Positions 38,564-49,017 of a stretch of 64,000 bases of DNA are shown piece by piece. Position 1 is the stretch's first letter. Each line of letters begins with the position of its first letter. The stretch is taken from the IMG/VR virus record IMGVR_UViG_3300033049_000066, positions 62,001 through 126,000 of that record. One strand, written 5' to 3'. The notes under the pieces were generated by a model. The model was given only the letters and a program-made list of their open reading frames with translations. It made no database searches and had not been told where the DNA came from. A program made the position numbers and the translations under genes.

Positions 38564-38681
38564 TGTCGGTACCAGCCGAAGGCAAGCTGAAAGGTGGCAA
38601 TGGCGCTGTAAAGAAACAAAAAACTTCACAGCGGCCAACGCAGCCACCTGCTCCGGGTAAATCAAAAGGTGCTACACTATG
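38561..38681 (+). promoter_or_regulatory. structured RNA leader of the DNA polymerase gene
   Basis: nested stems TAGTGT-GGTACC/GGTGCT-ACACTA, AGGTGGC/GCCACCT, GCTGT/ACAGC; outer stem covers the RBS and start. Confidence 0.6.
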
Positions 38682-41435
38682 AGCTTTGTAGATGCGATAT
38701 ACGTTAAAGATAAAGATCTCGTACGAGTCGTAGAGCGTGTAAATGGCAAGCGAATCTTTGTTGACTATCCCGCGGAGTACACATTTTATTATGAGGATCC
38801 TCGAGGCAAGTACAAAACTGTCTATGATAAAAATGTCAGCAAATTTACAACGAAATCAGCGAACGAATATCAGAAAGAAAAGAGAATGCACAGCGGCACA
38901 ACCTTGTACGAAAGCGATTTCTTGCCCGTGGCGCGCTGTCTTGAGCGCAATTACAGTGGTGCTGAGATTCCTGATTTACAAACCGCATTTTTCGACATTG
39001 AGGTTGACTTTGATAAAGTCAAGGGATTTAGTCCGACCTCGGACCCTTTCAACAAAGTTACAGCAATTTCAACGTACTTGAACTGGAATAATACTCGCCT
39101 CACGCAAGTGGTCGCACCACTACACATGTCACCGCAAGAAGCTCAAGAAATATGTTCGCACTTCACAAACGTCGTTCTGTACACTGATGAAAAAGAGATG
39201 CTCAAAGATTTCCTTGATATTATCGACGATGCTGATGTGCTTAGCGGTTGGAACAGTGAAGGGTACGATATTCCGTACATGGTAAATCGCATTACACGTG
39301 AGCTATCTAAGAATGACACCCGGCGGTTCTGCTTGTGGGATAAATTTCCAAAGAAACGTATCTTTGAACGATTTGGTGCTGAGCAAATGACGTATGATTT
39401 AATAGGCCGAGTTCATATGGACTATATGCAATTATACAGAAAATACACTTACATCGAAATGCCGTCGTACAGCTTGGATTCAATTGCTGAGCACGAGCTA
39501 GGCGAAACTAAAGTTGCGTACGAAGGCTCGCTTGACAAGTTGTACAACAAGGATTTCAGAAAGTTTATTGAGTACAATATCCAAGATACAATGCTATTAC
39601 ACAAGTTAGATTTGAAATTAAAATTTATTGATTTGGCGAATTCCGTGGCACATGAAAACACAGTTCTTATCCCGAGGACCATGGGCGCGGTTGCTGTTAC
39701 AGAACAAGCGATTATCAACGAGGCGCACATGCAGGGATTCATTGTGTCGGACAAGGTGCGACACGCTGATGATGATAACACGCAGGCAGCAGGTGCGTAC
39801 GTAGCATATCCTAAGAAAGGTTTACACAAGTGGGTGGGGTCGGTTGACATCAACAGTCTGTACCCGTCAGCAATTCAAGCTTGTAACATGGCGCCTGAGA
39901 CAATTGTCGGGCAGCTACGACCGATAGAAACCGACAAGTACATTGAAGAAAAGATGGCAGATAAGCTTGTAACAAATGCTAAGGGCAAGACCAGGTCCAA
40001 GAAGGGAACCTCGTTTGCTATGGCGTGGGAAGGACTATTTGGATCGCTTGAATACACTGCGGTAATGGAACGACGAGAGGATGTGCAGGTCACCATTGAC
40101 TGGGAACCCAAGACCTCCGGTGATTTGTCTACGTTTGCTAAATTAGCCGGGGACTCGACATTGTCAGCCAAGGACGCCAACGACCTGATCTTCAACAGCG
40201 GGCAACCGTGGGTAGTATCTGCTAACGGCACGATCTTCTCACTTGAAACTGCTGGCATCATTCCCGGCCTTTTGAAACGCTGGTATTCGGAGAGACAGGA
40301 AATGCAGGCAAAGCTAAAACAAGCTATTGCTGCTGGGAATAAAGACGATATTGCGTACTGGGACAAGAGGCAGCTCGTGAAAAAAATTAACTTGAACTCC
40401 CTGTATGGTGCGATTTTAAATCAACATTGTAGATTCTTTGACAAACGCATTGGTCAGTCTACGACCCTTACAGGACGAGCCATTGCGCAGCACATGGATG
40501 CTCATCTCAACCAATGCCTCACCGGCGAATACGACCATGCCGGACAATGTATTATATATGGTGACACAGACTCAGCCTATTTTACAGCATGGCCTGTAGT
40601 AGAAAAATCCGTCAAAGATGGTACGCAGGAATGGGATAGAAGTATTGCGATCGCGTTATACGATAGCTTAGCAGATGAGTGTAATACAAGCTTTCCGCTC
40701 TTTATGAGCAGGGCATTTAACTGCCCGACAGAGTACGGAAAGTTAATTAAATGTGGCCGAGAAGTTGTAGCATCCAACGGATTATTTATTACAAAGAAAC
40801 GCTATGCGTTGATGGTAATTGATAATGAAGGAAAGCAACTTGATGTAGACGGCAAGCCAGGGAAAGTCAAAGCGATGGGGCTTGACTTAAAACGTTCAGA
40901 CACCATGCCGATAGTACAAGAATTCTTAAAAACTATTCTTGATTCAACGCTAAACGAGCTCGGCAAAGAAAAAGTAATTGAACAGATTCTTGCGTTCAAG
41001 ACAGAGTTCAAGGCGCTACCAAGCTGGGAGAAAGGTTCTCCCAAGCGCATTAATAATTTAACAATGTACACAGCAAAGGAGCTAAATGGCAGAGCAACGG
41101 GCGAAAAAGCCACCCTGCCCGGGCATGTACGTGCTGGATTTAATTATAATAATCTTCGTGACCTGCACAACGATAATTTTACCATGGCGCTAACTGATGG
41201 CGACAAAGCAATTATATGTAAATTAAAAGACAATGCGATGAATATAACTAGCGTAGCAAGACCAACAGATGAAAAGCAGATACCTCAATGGTTTAAAGAT
41301 TTACCATTTGACGATGAGTTAATGCAAGCAATGGCAATAGATCAAAAAGTTGATAACTTGCTAGGTGTGCTGGACTGGGATCTTGCTGCTCATACAGACA
41401 CAACGAGCACATTCGGAAAACTATTTGAATTTTAG
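38679..41435 (+). CDS. family B DNA polymerase (gp43-like)
   Basis: FDIEV, GWNSEGYD exonuclease motifs; DINSLYPS, KINLNSLYG, YGDTDS, KKRY. Confidence 0.97.
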   Translation: MSFVDAIYVKDKDLVRVVERVNGKRIFVDYPAEYTFYYEDPRGKYKTVYDKNVSKFTTKSANEYQKEKRMHSGTTLYESDFLPVARCLERNYSGAEIPDLQTAFFDIEVDFDKVKGFSPTSDPFNKVTAISTYLNWNNTRLTQVVAPLHMSPQEAQEICSHFTNVVLYTDEKEMLKDFLDIIDDADVLSGWNSEGYDIPYMVNRITRELSKNDTRRFCLWDKFPKKRIFERFGAEQMTYDLIGRVHMDYMQLYRKYTYIEMPSYSLDSIAEHELGETKVAYEGSLDKLYNKDFRKFIEYNIQDTMLLHKLDLKLKFIDLANSVAHENTVLIPRTMGAVAVTEQAIINEAHMQGFIVSDKVRHADDDNTQAAGAYVAYPKKGLHKWVGSVDINSLYPSAIQACNMAPETIVGQLRPIETDKYIEEKMADKLVTNAKGKTRSKKGTSFAMAWEGLFGSLEYTAVMERREDVQVTIDWEPKTSGDLSTFAKLAGDSTLSAKDANDLIFNSGQPWVVSANGTIFSLETAGIIPGLLKRWYSERQEMQAKLKQAIAAGNKDDIAYWDKRQLVKKINLNSLYGAILNQHCRFFDKRIGQSTTLTGRAIAQHMDAHLNQCLTGEYDHAGQCIIYGDTDSAYFTAWPVVEKSVKDGTQEWDRSIAIALYDSLADECNTSFPLFMSRAFNCPTEYGKLIKCGREVVASNGLFITKKRYALMVIDNEGKQLDVDGKPGKVKAMGLDLKRSDTMPIVQEFLKTILDSTLNELGKEKVIEQILAFKTEFKALPSWEKGSPKRINNLTMYTAKELNGRATGEKATLPGHVRAGFNYNNLRDLHNDNFTMALTDGDKAIICKLKDNAMNITSVARPTDEKQIPQWFKDLPFDDELMQAMAIDQKVDNLLGVLDWDLAAHTDTTSTFGKLFEF

Positions 41436-41447
41436 TTGCCGAAAAAC

Positions 41448-41476
41448 TTGATTAAAAGTACAAGATCAAGTATAAT
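41448..41476 (+). promoter_or_regulatory. sigma70-like promoter
   Basis: TTGATT-N17-TATAAT. Confidence 0.65.
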
Positions 41477-41498
41477 ATATTATATAGAGGAATAATAA

Positions 41499-42221
41499 AT
41501 GATTGATAATTTAAAAGATTTAATAGCACATACACACGATCTTGGCTGCATAGATTTAGTTAAGATAATCGGTACTGATACCGAAACTACTGTTGAAGGT
41601 AAAGCTGAAGACCGTAGTGTAGTAATTCAAGCAAAATTCAATACTCCAATTACTGAGTTTAAGGGCACCTTTGGCATGCCGAATATGTCAACGCTTAAAA
41701 CTATCCTAGGCATTGAGGAGTACTCGGCAGATGCAAAGATTACAATTAAGCACGATGCCGTGAAAGGTCCAGTAAGCTTAAACTTTCTTAATAAGGTTGG
41801 TGACTTTACTAATGATTACCGCTTTATGACAAAAGAACTAATTGAAGACCAGCTTAAAACAGTTAAATTTAAAGGTGTTACGTGGCACGTGGAACTTGAA
41901 CCAAGCATGTCAAGCATCCAACGCTTGAAGTTCCAAGCACTAGCAAACCCAACCGAAACGACCTTCCTTGCTAAAACAGAAGGGACAGACTTAATATTTT
42001 ACTTCGGCGACCACAGCACTCATGCAGGCAACTTTATCTTTGCTAGCGGCATTACTGGCAGCTTATCACATGCTTGGCATTGGCCAATTGCGCATGTAAT
42101 TAACATCCTTAGCTTGCCTGGCGATAAAGTACTTCGATTCAGCAATGATGGCGCGGCACAGATTATTGTCGATAGTGGCATAGCTGAATACACTTATATC
42201 TTACCGGCACAAGCTAAGTAG
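41499..42221 (+). CDS. sliding clamp (gp45/PCNA-like), putative
   Basis: 240 aa two-domain alpha/beta pattern ending YTYILPA; adjacent to polymerase; clamp loader present. Confidence 0.65.
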   Translation: MIDNLKDLIAHTHDLGCIDLVKIIGTDTETTVEGKAEDRSVVIQAKFNTPITEFKGTFGMPNMSTLKTILGIEEYSADAKITIKHDAVKGPVSLNFLNKVGDFTNDYRFMTKELIEDQLKTVKFKGVTWHVELEPSMSSIQRLKFQALANPTETTFLAKTEGTDLIFYFGDHSTHAGNFIFASGITGSLSHAWHWPIAHVINILSLPGDKVLRFSNDGAAQIIVDSGIAEYTYILPAQAK

Positions 42222-42234
42222 CTAAAATGCTAAA

Positions 42235-42513
42235 ATGCTAAAAATTATAGCCGGGCCATTGATTGATGTTATCACCGCCCAGGGGTGGGATTCATCAGGG
42301 CAACCCGAGCTTCAGGTTACAGTGGCTGCGAATGGTCAACTTGAATCGATGCTGCAAGAAATTAAAACGCTTCGCATTCAAGTTGACCAAATGTTAGCAA
42401 AATCACGTCGGGATGACGAGCTGTGCGCGAGGCATCCGGGATTACAAGATTTACGTAACCAGTACTTATTGGTTTATAAATTAGTAGAGGAAGAACATGG
42501 CGAAAAACTTTAG
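42235..42513 (+). CDS. small protein, PAL-helix family
   Basis: C-terminal RHPGLQDLRNQYLLVYKL. Confidence 0.6.
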   Translation: MLKIIAGPLIDVITAQGWDSSGQPELQVTVAANGQLESMLQEIKTLRIQVDQMLAKSRRDDELCARHPGLQDLRNQYLLVYKLVEEEHGEKL

Positions 42514-42682
42514 AGAAGAAAACTACGGTAAATCATACACAAGTGTAATCGATGGACTTGAGAAACGTATTACGATCTTAGAACAGCAATTATCATGGGA
42601 CCGAAGCCTTAGAGAAAAGAACCCAGTCTTACAAGATCTTTACGAGAAGTACATCGCAACGCTATTGTTGGTAAAAAAATGA
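42497..42682 (+). CDS. small protein, PAL-helix family
   Basis: KNPVLQDLYEKYIATLLL. Confidence 0.6.
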   Translation: MAKNFREENYGKSYTSVIDGLEKRITILEQQLSWDRSLREKNPVLQDLYEKYIATLLLVKK

Positions 42683-42900
42683 ACGATTTACGAGACTGCC
42701 TGGATCTTCAATATAATCAAGATGGTGACCAAATTGACAATCGGAATCAAATTATCCAATCATTACGGTCGCACATTGAAGGCACAGAAAGGGATATGCG
42801 TATTGAAAAAGAGAAACGAGAAAGATCACCTGCATTGAAAGCCGCATGGGAACAGTACCACGTACTATTGAGGTTAACTGATGAAACCAAATCAAAGTAA
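42679..42900 (+). CDS. small protein, PAL-helix family
   Basis: RSPALKAAWEQYHVLLRL. Confidence 0.6.
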   Translation: MNDLRDCLDLQYNQDGDQIDNRNQIIQSLRSHIEGTERDMRIEKEKRERSPALKAAWEQYHVLLRLTDETKSK

Positions 42901-43007
42901 ATGAGCTAACGGCTACACGATTAAATAAGAATTAATGTTTCAAAATACTAGCTATAAATCATTGTATATGTTATAATAGTACCAGCACGAATAGAATGGA
43001 AAAGTAA

Positions 43008-44600
43008 ATGAAAGATAAAATAAATTATAACCTAACCGATAAACAAGATGATTACGCCTTGTTCTTACCGGCAATTTCGTCATTTTATTCGACGTACATT
43101 GGCAAGCAGCAAACCGATCCGAATTATGTACCGGCGAGTAGGATGCCCGCCGGTATTCCAGATATGGAAATGATGAACTTCTTTAATAACCAAAAAGGAC
43201 TATTTAAATATCGTTGGGGCTTATACAGCGCAGGACATGCCAACTTAGATTTAACTAAAGAAGTGCCCAAGGAAGATATGATCCGCAAACGCAGCAGTGA
43301 CACTCTATTACTAGCTGACTCAGGCGGGTTTCAAATTGCGAAGGGTGTTTGGGAAGGTGAGTGGAATAACCCAAACTGTCCAAAAGCTGAAAAGTACAGA
43401 AGTACCGTGCTAAAGTGGTTATGTAGTATTAGTGATTACAGCATGACACTTGATATACCAACCTGGACGTTTACAAATCCTGAGTCGGCGAAAAAATCCG
43501 GCATTTACAGCTATGAAGATGCTGTGAGTGCTACACGGTACAATCACGAATACTTCATGAAGAATAGCACAGGTGATGCTAAATTCTTAAATGTTATGCA
43601 GGGTGGTAATCACACTGAGGCAGAAGCGTGGTACGAAGAAATGAAAGAGTTTAGTGATCCTACTAAACACGAGAAGTATTTTAGAGGCTGGGCGATGGGT
43701 GGTGCTAACATGGCCGACCCACACCTCGCCATTAAAAGAGTAGTAACATTGATACATGATGGCTTACTTGAAGAAGGCAAACAAGACTGGATGCATTTCT
43801 TAGGAACAAGTAAACTAGAATGGGCAGTGCTATTGACCGCTCTACAACGAGCAGTTCGAAGAACCCATAACAAAAACTTTACGATTAGTTTTGATTGTGC
43901 AAGTCCTTTTTTAGCTACTGCCAATGGACAGATATACCATGAGACCGTTACCCCGGACTATAGAAACTTAACTAATAACAATAAAAGCGGTAAATGGTCA
44001 TATCGGATGAGTCCCACTGCTGACAACAAACAATACGCGAATGATACTCGCATGTTCAGCCGTGGGACAGTTGCAGATGGAATACATGATATTTTTGAAG
44101 ATAGCCCCATAAGCGAGCATCTAACAATGAAAGATATATGTATATACGCACCTGGTGACCTAAACAAGATCGGCAAGGAAGGCCGAACTTCTTGGGATAG
44201 TTTCTCTTATGCACTAATGATGGGCCATAATGTTTGGCATCATATCAACAGTGTACAAGAAGCAAACCGCCAATACGATAATGGTTGTCTGCCTAAGATG
44301 TTAGTCGACGAGAAAACTGGTGTCACAATAACAAATATAATAGACGCCGTTTTCTCTACAAATATATTTGAAGAGCGACTGGAAATACTTGAAGTGTATT
44401 CTAAGTTCTTCATGGGTATCAGCGGTGCCCGAGGCATGGGCGGAAAGAAGGCAATCAATGCTGCCGCGAAATTTGACGCGATGTTTGATTTAGACATGAC
44501 ACAATCAGAATTGCTGGAAGAAGCGCATTTAATTATGCACCCAGTTAAAGCACCTACTAAAATAGCAGATGATACCAATCTGTTTGATTTTGGAGAATAA
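43008..44600 (+). CDS. dpdA: TGT-fold deazaguanine transglycosylase (DpdA-like)
   Basis: LADSGGFQ, TLDIP, VMQGG, GWAMGG, HFLG, SFDCASP; co-located with folE/queD/queE. Confidence 0.75.
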   Translation: MKDKINYNLTDKQDDYALFLPAISSFYSTYIGKQQTDPNYVPASRMPAGIPDMEMMNFFNNQKGLFKYRWGLYSAGHANLDLTKEVPKEDMIRKRSSDTLLLADSGGFQIAKGVWEGEWNNPNCPKAEKYRSTVLKWLCSISDYSMTLDIPTWTFTNPESAKKSGIYSYEDAVSATRYNHEYFMKNSTGDAKFLNVMQGGNHTEAEAWYEEMKEFSDPTKHEKYFRGWAMGGANMADPHLAIKRVVTLIHDGLLEEGKQDWMHFLGTSKLEWAVLLTALQRAVRRTHNKNFTISFDCASPFLATANGQIYHETVTPDYRNLTNNNKSGKWSYRMSPTADNKQYANDTRMFSRGTVADGIHDIFEDSPISEHLTMKDICIYAPGDLNKIGKEGRTSWDSFSYALMMGHNVWHHINSVQEANRQYDNGCLPKMLVDEKTGVTITNIIDAVFSTNIFEERLEILEVYSKFFMGISGARGMGGKKAINAAAKFDAMFDLDMTQSELLEEAHLIMHPVKAPTKIADDTNLFDFGE

Positions 44601-44601
44601 G

Positions 44602-44883
44602 ATGATAACAAATGTAAATGATCTAGTGGAATTTATGGAAGCTGAATCAATTGCATGGGCCCGTGATGAGAATGATACTAAAACAGATTCAGGGACCGGC
44701 GCCGGAATAAAAAGACAATGGGAAAACAGAGATACGTTTCCGTGTCCGATATATTACTTAGCAGGTAAAGAAATAGCTAGCGACCCGACTAAATCTGATG
44801 GCGAGCGGCGGATAATACTTGAGGTTAATATTGCATGGTTTGACGAAGATGGAAATGTAACAGATAAGCCTAATGGAACCTGA
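44602..44883 (+). CDS. hypothetical protein
   Basis: ATG after GGAG. Confidence 0.55.
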   Translation: MITNVNDLVEFMEAESIAWARDENDTKTDSGTGAGIKRQWENRDTFPCPIYYLAGKEIASDPTKSDGERRIILEVNIAWFDEDGNVTDKPNGT

Positions 44884-45085
44884 GGTTGACAAAATAAAAC
44901 GTGATGTGCTATCCGAAGCCGGCATCGCCTGGCATATTTTAAAATATCAAGCAGCGCCGAAAATGCGACTTGAAATGAGATGTTGTCACGATCCGGCTCG
45001 TAAACTTGGCGAACAGAATTATGTAGATTATATAGTAACTAACAAGCACAATGATGACATAAATTGGGATGAGAAATATGAATAG
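44873..45085 (+). CDS. hypothetical protein
   Basis: 70 aa ORF overlapping neighbours. Confidence 0.5.
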   Translation: MEPEVDKIKRDVLSEAGIAWHILKYQAAPKMRLEMRCCHDPARKLGEQNYVDYIVTNKHNDDINWDEKYE

Positions 45086-45602
45086 AGAATATGAAAATCA
45101 AGATCATAACGAAGACACAAACTTTTTCGTAGGGTACGAGGTCGAACATACGCCCGCACATAAGTTGAAAACCTTGTTTGTAGTTGGCATTCAGCCCCTC
45201 AGAGAAATATTGTCTAGAGCAAACGCGCTCGGATGTGTTGCAGTATATTTTGGAGCGAATATGAGTTTTAACGCTGCGACAAATGATGAGATTACTGAGT
45301 GGGTTAAGATGATAGATGCTGTGCTAATGCATCCGGATGATTTTTGGTGTACGCTCGACTTTGACGTTCGCTATAGTGAAGACATCGTACAGACAGTGTT
45401 AGTTGATAAGCCTAACTTTATTCCGATGATTAGTGTTAAGATCCCGTATGCCGGGCAAATGGGTTATAACGCAACAGTTAAAATTGATGACAAAGATTTT
45501 GAAGCAAGTAACCCAGGGGTGTGGTGTCATAAGTTACACAGTTTAATGGATCCGGACAAATACACCAACTGGAAAAAATACAAAGAAGATAAAATCATTT
45601 AA
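45069..45602 (+). CDS. hypothetical protein in the modification locus
   Basis: 177 aa; GYEVEHTP, YFGAN, KIDDKDF..SNPGVW. Confidence 0.7.
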   Translation: MRNMNREYENQDHNEDTNFFVGYEVEHTPAHKLKTLFVVGIQPLREILSRANALGCVAVYFGANMSFNAATNDEITEWVKMIDAVLMHPDDFWCTLDFDVRYSEDIVQTVLVDKPNFIPMISVKIPYAGQMGYNATVKIDDKDFEASNPGVWCHKLHSLMDPDKYTNWKKYKEDKII

Positions 45603-45612
45603 GGATAATATT

Positions 45613-45819
45613 ATGAGCAACATTGAAACAACAGAAGACACTAGTGAAATTTTAGAAACTCGGATTAAAATACCAATGCCAGCAAAAGAAGGCGAGTCAA
45701 TCCAGTACGTAGATCTAAAGTTTACGCGACCAAATGCCGACCATAATACACTTTGGACGTGCTGGGCAACAAACGAGTTTATTGCTGAAGCACTAGAAAT
45801 ATTCAACAACATTGCCTAA
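45613..45819 (+). CDS. hypothetical protein
   Basis: AAGGA RBS, 68 aa. Confidence 0.55.
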   Translation: MSNIETTEDTSEILETRIKIPMPAKEGESIQYVDLKFTRPNADHNTLWTCWATNEFIAEALEIFNNIA

Positions 45820-45823
45820 ATAG

Positions 45824-45852
45824 TTGACAATCCCTACTAACTACTATAAAAT
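45824..45852 (+). promoter_or_regulatory. sigma70-like promoter
   Basis: TTGACA-N17-TAAAAT. Confidence 0.7.
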
Positions 45853-45858
45853 ATAACT

Positions 45859-46290
45859 ATGAGAGACAGCATTAATATTGATGATCAACTTGCTAGCAGC
45901 CGGCGTAACAAAATTGTACAACGTACGGCTAACGCAGGAAAATCTATATGGGTTCGCTTCCAGCGTGAAGGCATCCATTGTTACCCAGCAGCAGCTACGG
46001 ATCCAAATTTAGCAGATGTTGCTTTCCTTGCTCACCCGCACCGCCACATTTTTCACTTTGAAGTACAGATAGCTGTTGTACACGATGATCGTGACATTGA
46101 ATTTATACAGTTTAAACGATGGCTTGAAAGTATGTTTGACGACAAGATTTTGCAATTAGACGAAAAATCATGTGAGATGATCTCCAATGATATGTTCGCT
46201 ATGATTGCAGAAAAATATCCCAACCGGGAGGTTATCATTAGCGTGAGCGAAGATGCCGAGAATGGATCATTGATCCATTATACATTATAA
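45859..46290 (+). CDS. T-fold QueD paralogue, DpdL-like (putative CDG decarboxylase)
   Basis: LAHPHRHIF fits LxxxHRHxF; SCEM and VSEDAENG T-fold ends. Confidence 0.65.
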   Translation: MRDSINIDDQLASSRRNKIVQRTANAGKSIWVRFQREGIHCYPAAATDPNLADVAFLAHPHRHIFHFEVQIAVVHDDRDIEFIQFKRWLESMFDDKILQLDEKSCEMISNDMFAMIAEKYPNREVIISVSEDAENGSLIHYTL

Positions 46291-46316
46291 TTTTTTAACT
46301 ACACAAGGAGCCTGCA

Positions 46317-46592
46317 ATGGCCTATAATAAGAAAAAGAAAAACCCACGTACCGAGCAAGTTTGGAAAGACCTTGACACCTACCGCGCATTTTGCGTGAGT
46401 CATGGTTATCGGTTTAACGAAAAGGACTTGTATAATATGCGTACATATCCTTTCCAGCAGTTTAACAAGTTCCGTAATGGAAAGAACTGTAAGAATCAAT
46501 GGGACTTTGATTTAAATCGATTCCACAGCAAGCCGGTTTATAAAGGTAAAGGTGGTGGATATAAAGGTAAAAAGCCTTTTGTGAACCGATAA
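46317..46592 (+). CDS. small basic hypothetical protein
   Basis: AAGGAG RBS, 91 aa. Confidence 0.65.
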   Translation: MAYNKKKKNPRTEQVWKDLDTYRAFCVSHGYRFNEKDLYNMRTYPFQQFNKFRNGKNCKNQWDFDLNRFHSKPVYKGKGGGYKGKKPFVNR

Positions 46593-46603
46593 GGAGATAT
46601 AAC

Positions 46604-47779
46604 ATGCGAAAACTAATTTATTGCGGTTTGGAAAGTTACGAAGGTCGCTACACTCTACAGTTACAAGACTGGAGTGAACGCGCCTTTAAGAAGCGTGGTA
46701 TCGACTACATTGTGGTGCCTGGACAGGAAATAGATAATACTAAATCCATCCAGGTCGGGCAGGTGCTTGATGCTCACGGGCGGTCATTCTTTAGTATGTC
46801 GCAGATGATGAATCTCGTACAGATGATGCGCAGTGGTGAGGTCACAGGAGAGGATTGTATTTTCTTTGAAGATATGTTCACTCCTGGCATTGAGTCACTG
46901 GGCTATATCATGAATCAGATCCCTGAGGTTGATAGGCCACAAATTTATGTACGTTGCCTAGCACAGCGAGTAGACCCCGATGATTTTGTTCATGTATGGG
47001 GCATGGACTGGATGTCAACGTATGAAAAAATGGTTAACGAATTGCCCAACGTACATGTACTTGCAACTAATGAAGAAATGATTGCTAACATGAAAATAGT
47101 TGGGTGGTCGGCACCACTGTATAACATTAGCGGACTAGCATTTGGCAAAGAAGAAGTACAGGAACGGGTTGGTGAAATTAGACCGTTTAACAAAAGAACA
47201 AACCGTGTAGTATTTGGCGCCAGATGGGACCAGGAAAAACAGCCCGATTTCTTTATGGATTTAGCTGAGCTGTACCATGACACCAGCATAGACCCAGCAA
47301 TCTTTACAATATGCCAAGGTGGGCCACTCCGTAGCAACAATCAAAAGTATATTGACCGGGCACGAAAATTACAAGAAGAAGGCAAACTTGAAATACTTGA
47401 AAATTTAAAGAAAAATGAGTACTACGAGGTCTTGAATGATAGCAGGGTGTTATTTAATTGTGCTTTGCAGGATTGGGTTAGTAACACAGTATCGGAAGCT
47501 GATACCTGTGGTGCGAACGTGTTGTATCCTGCGTACAGATCGTTTCCAGAAACATTTGCTAACGACGCATCACGGTTATACGTGCCGTGGAGCATGGACG
47601 ATGCCTATGAAAAATTAAGTCAGTTGTTAAACGCACCGAGCCCGAACATGGGCAAGATAAGTGATTGGACAAATGGTACTATTGATCGGTGTATTGATAT
47701 TATGGAAGGTAACGGTGAAGAATGGCTACGTGATGATATGCGTTACCGAGATCACATTGTTGATAGAAAATATAAATGA
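46604..47779 (+). CDS. GT-B fold glycosyltransferase
   Basis: FGARWDQEKQP, ALQDWVSNTVSEA, VLYPAYRSFPE (GT4-like C-terminal domain). Confidence 0.8.
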   Translation: MRKLIYCGLESYEGRYTLQLQDWSERAFKKRGIDYIVVPGQEIDNTKSIQVGQVLDAHGRSFFSMSQMMNLVQMMRSGEVTGEDCIFFEDMFTPGIESLGYIMNQIPEVDRPQIYVRCLAQRVDPDDFVHVWGMDWMSTYEKMVNELPNVHVLATNEEMIANMKIVGWSAPLYNISGLAFGKEEVQERVGEIRPFNKRTNRVVFGARWDQEKQPDFFMDLAELYHDTSIDPAIFTICQGGPLRSNNQKYIDRARKLQEEGKLEILENLKKNEYYEVLNDSRVLFNCALQDWVSNTVSEADTCGANVLYPAYRSFPETFANDASRLYVPWSMDDAYEKLSQLLNAPSPNMGKISDWTNGTIDRCIDIMEGNGEEWLRDDMRYRDHIVDRKYK

Positions 47780-48045
47780 TTGATCCAGATCTTACTCATT
47801 ATGGCGTATTCTTACAGGAGATACACTCTATTAGAGATACGCCTGATGAGTTATCAGCAACCACTACCATTACCATAAAAAGCACGGCGACTGCCACTAA
47901 TGTTAATGCAGAGCAATTGATACGTGACCTCGCTTTGATGAGCGCGGTGCGCGGAACTGCTGATCCAGCAGTAAAAGACGCGTTTGAAAAATTATTAACA
48001 ATAATGGCACTTACACAATCTACTAGCACAAGGCCACAATTTTAA
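47776..48045 (+). CDS. small protein, PAL-helix family
   Basis: ADPAVKDAFEKLLTIMAL. Confidence 0.6.
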   Translation: MIDPDLTHYGVFLQEIHSIRDTPDELSATTTITIKSTATATNVNAEQLIRDLALMSAVRGTADPAVKDAFEKLLTIMALTQSTSTRPQF

Positions 48046-48048
48046 AAT

Positions 48049-48330
48049 ATGAAAGACGTGAATGGCAAGTCGTTAAAACGTGAGCACTATATGCTCTTAA
48101 AGGACTTAGGAATAGAGATTGTTATGTACGACTTAAGAACGTATATCGAAAAAAATCAACACCATTACGGATTTGAAGTGCATGGATCTTTAACGACCGG
48201 TGTTGATTTTGACGAGATACTCGCCCTGTTAAGACTTATGAAATCAGCCACGAATACGTCGAATCCAGCTATCGTCGACGCACTTGATCGATTAAGACTA
48301 GTTATTGGAATAACAGATGGACATAACTGA
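48049..48330 (+). CDS. small protein, PAL-helix family
   Basis: SNPAIVDALDRLRLVIGI. Confidence 0.6.
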   Translation: MKDVNGKSLKREHYMLLKDLGIEIVMYDLRTYIEKNQHHYGFEVHGSLTTGVDFDEILALLRLMKSATNTSNPAIVDALDRLRLVIGITDGHN

Positions 48331-48574
48331 ACAAGAATTGTTTAAGAAGCTTGGAATTATTATTACCGGACTCCGATATGAGCATACTGGCATGCGAACT
48401 AAAAACGCCATGCTACTTAGATCTGGAACTTTTCTAATAGAAGATGAAAAGTTCGCTGAAAGTTGCAAACTAATCGAACTCATTGACGAAATTCATAAGT
48501 CAGCAAATCCAGCAATAAAGGAACAGCTTAATCACTTAATTACACTAATCGAATTAACAAAGGAAGAAAAATGA
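48317..48574 (+). CDS. small protein, PAL-helix family
   Basis: ANPAIKEQLNHLITLIEL. Confidence 0.6.
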   Translation: MDITEQELFKKLGIIITGLRYEHTGMRTKNAMLLRSGTFLIEDEKFAESCKLIELIDEIHKSANPAIKEQLNHLITLIELTKEEK

Positions 48575-49017
48575 ATAAATGGGATAAGCGATTCCTAGAT
48601 ATGGCGAAGTTGGTCTCAACTTGGTCGAAGGATCCGAGTACGCAAGTCGGTGCGGTAATTGTGCGGCCGGACAAAAGCGTAGCATCAGTTGGGTTCAACG
48701 GGTTCCCTATTGGCATGCCGGACAACGAAAAATTATACAATGATCGTGAGGAAAAGTACAGCAGAATTATTCATGCTGAGATGAATGCGTTAAACTTTTC
48801 GCAAGATGCTTCGCTTGCTGGTTATACATTATACTCATATCCATTTTTATCCTGTAACAGATGTTACCCACAAATTGTACAAGCCGGCATTACACGGATT
48901 GTGGCGCCAATATGCCCGGTGGCACTAGAAGAACGCTGGGGAGATGCATTTGCAAAAGTACGCGGTTACGCAACCGAGCACATAGGAATTACCGTAGATG
49001 AGGTCGACTATGAGTGA
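48571..49017 (+). CDS. dCMP deaminase
   Basis: WSKDPSTQVGAVIV, GFNG, HAEMNA, SCNRC. Confidence 0.92.
   Translation: MNKWDKRFLDMAKLVSTWSKDPSTQVGAVIVRPDKSVASVGFNGFPIGMPDNEKLYNDREEKYSRIIHAEMNALNFSQDASLAGYTLYSYPFLSCNRCYPQIVQAGITRIVAPICPVALEERWGDAFAKVRGYATEHIGITVDEVDYE

Noticed and set aside
38679-41435. intein or intron in the DNA polymerase
   Set aside because: 918 aa with all motifs in order; no intein terminal or LAGLIDADG motifs seen
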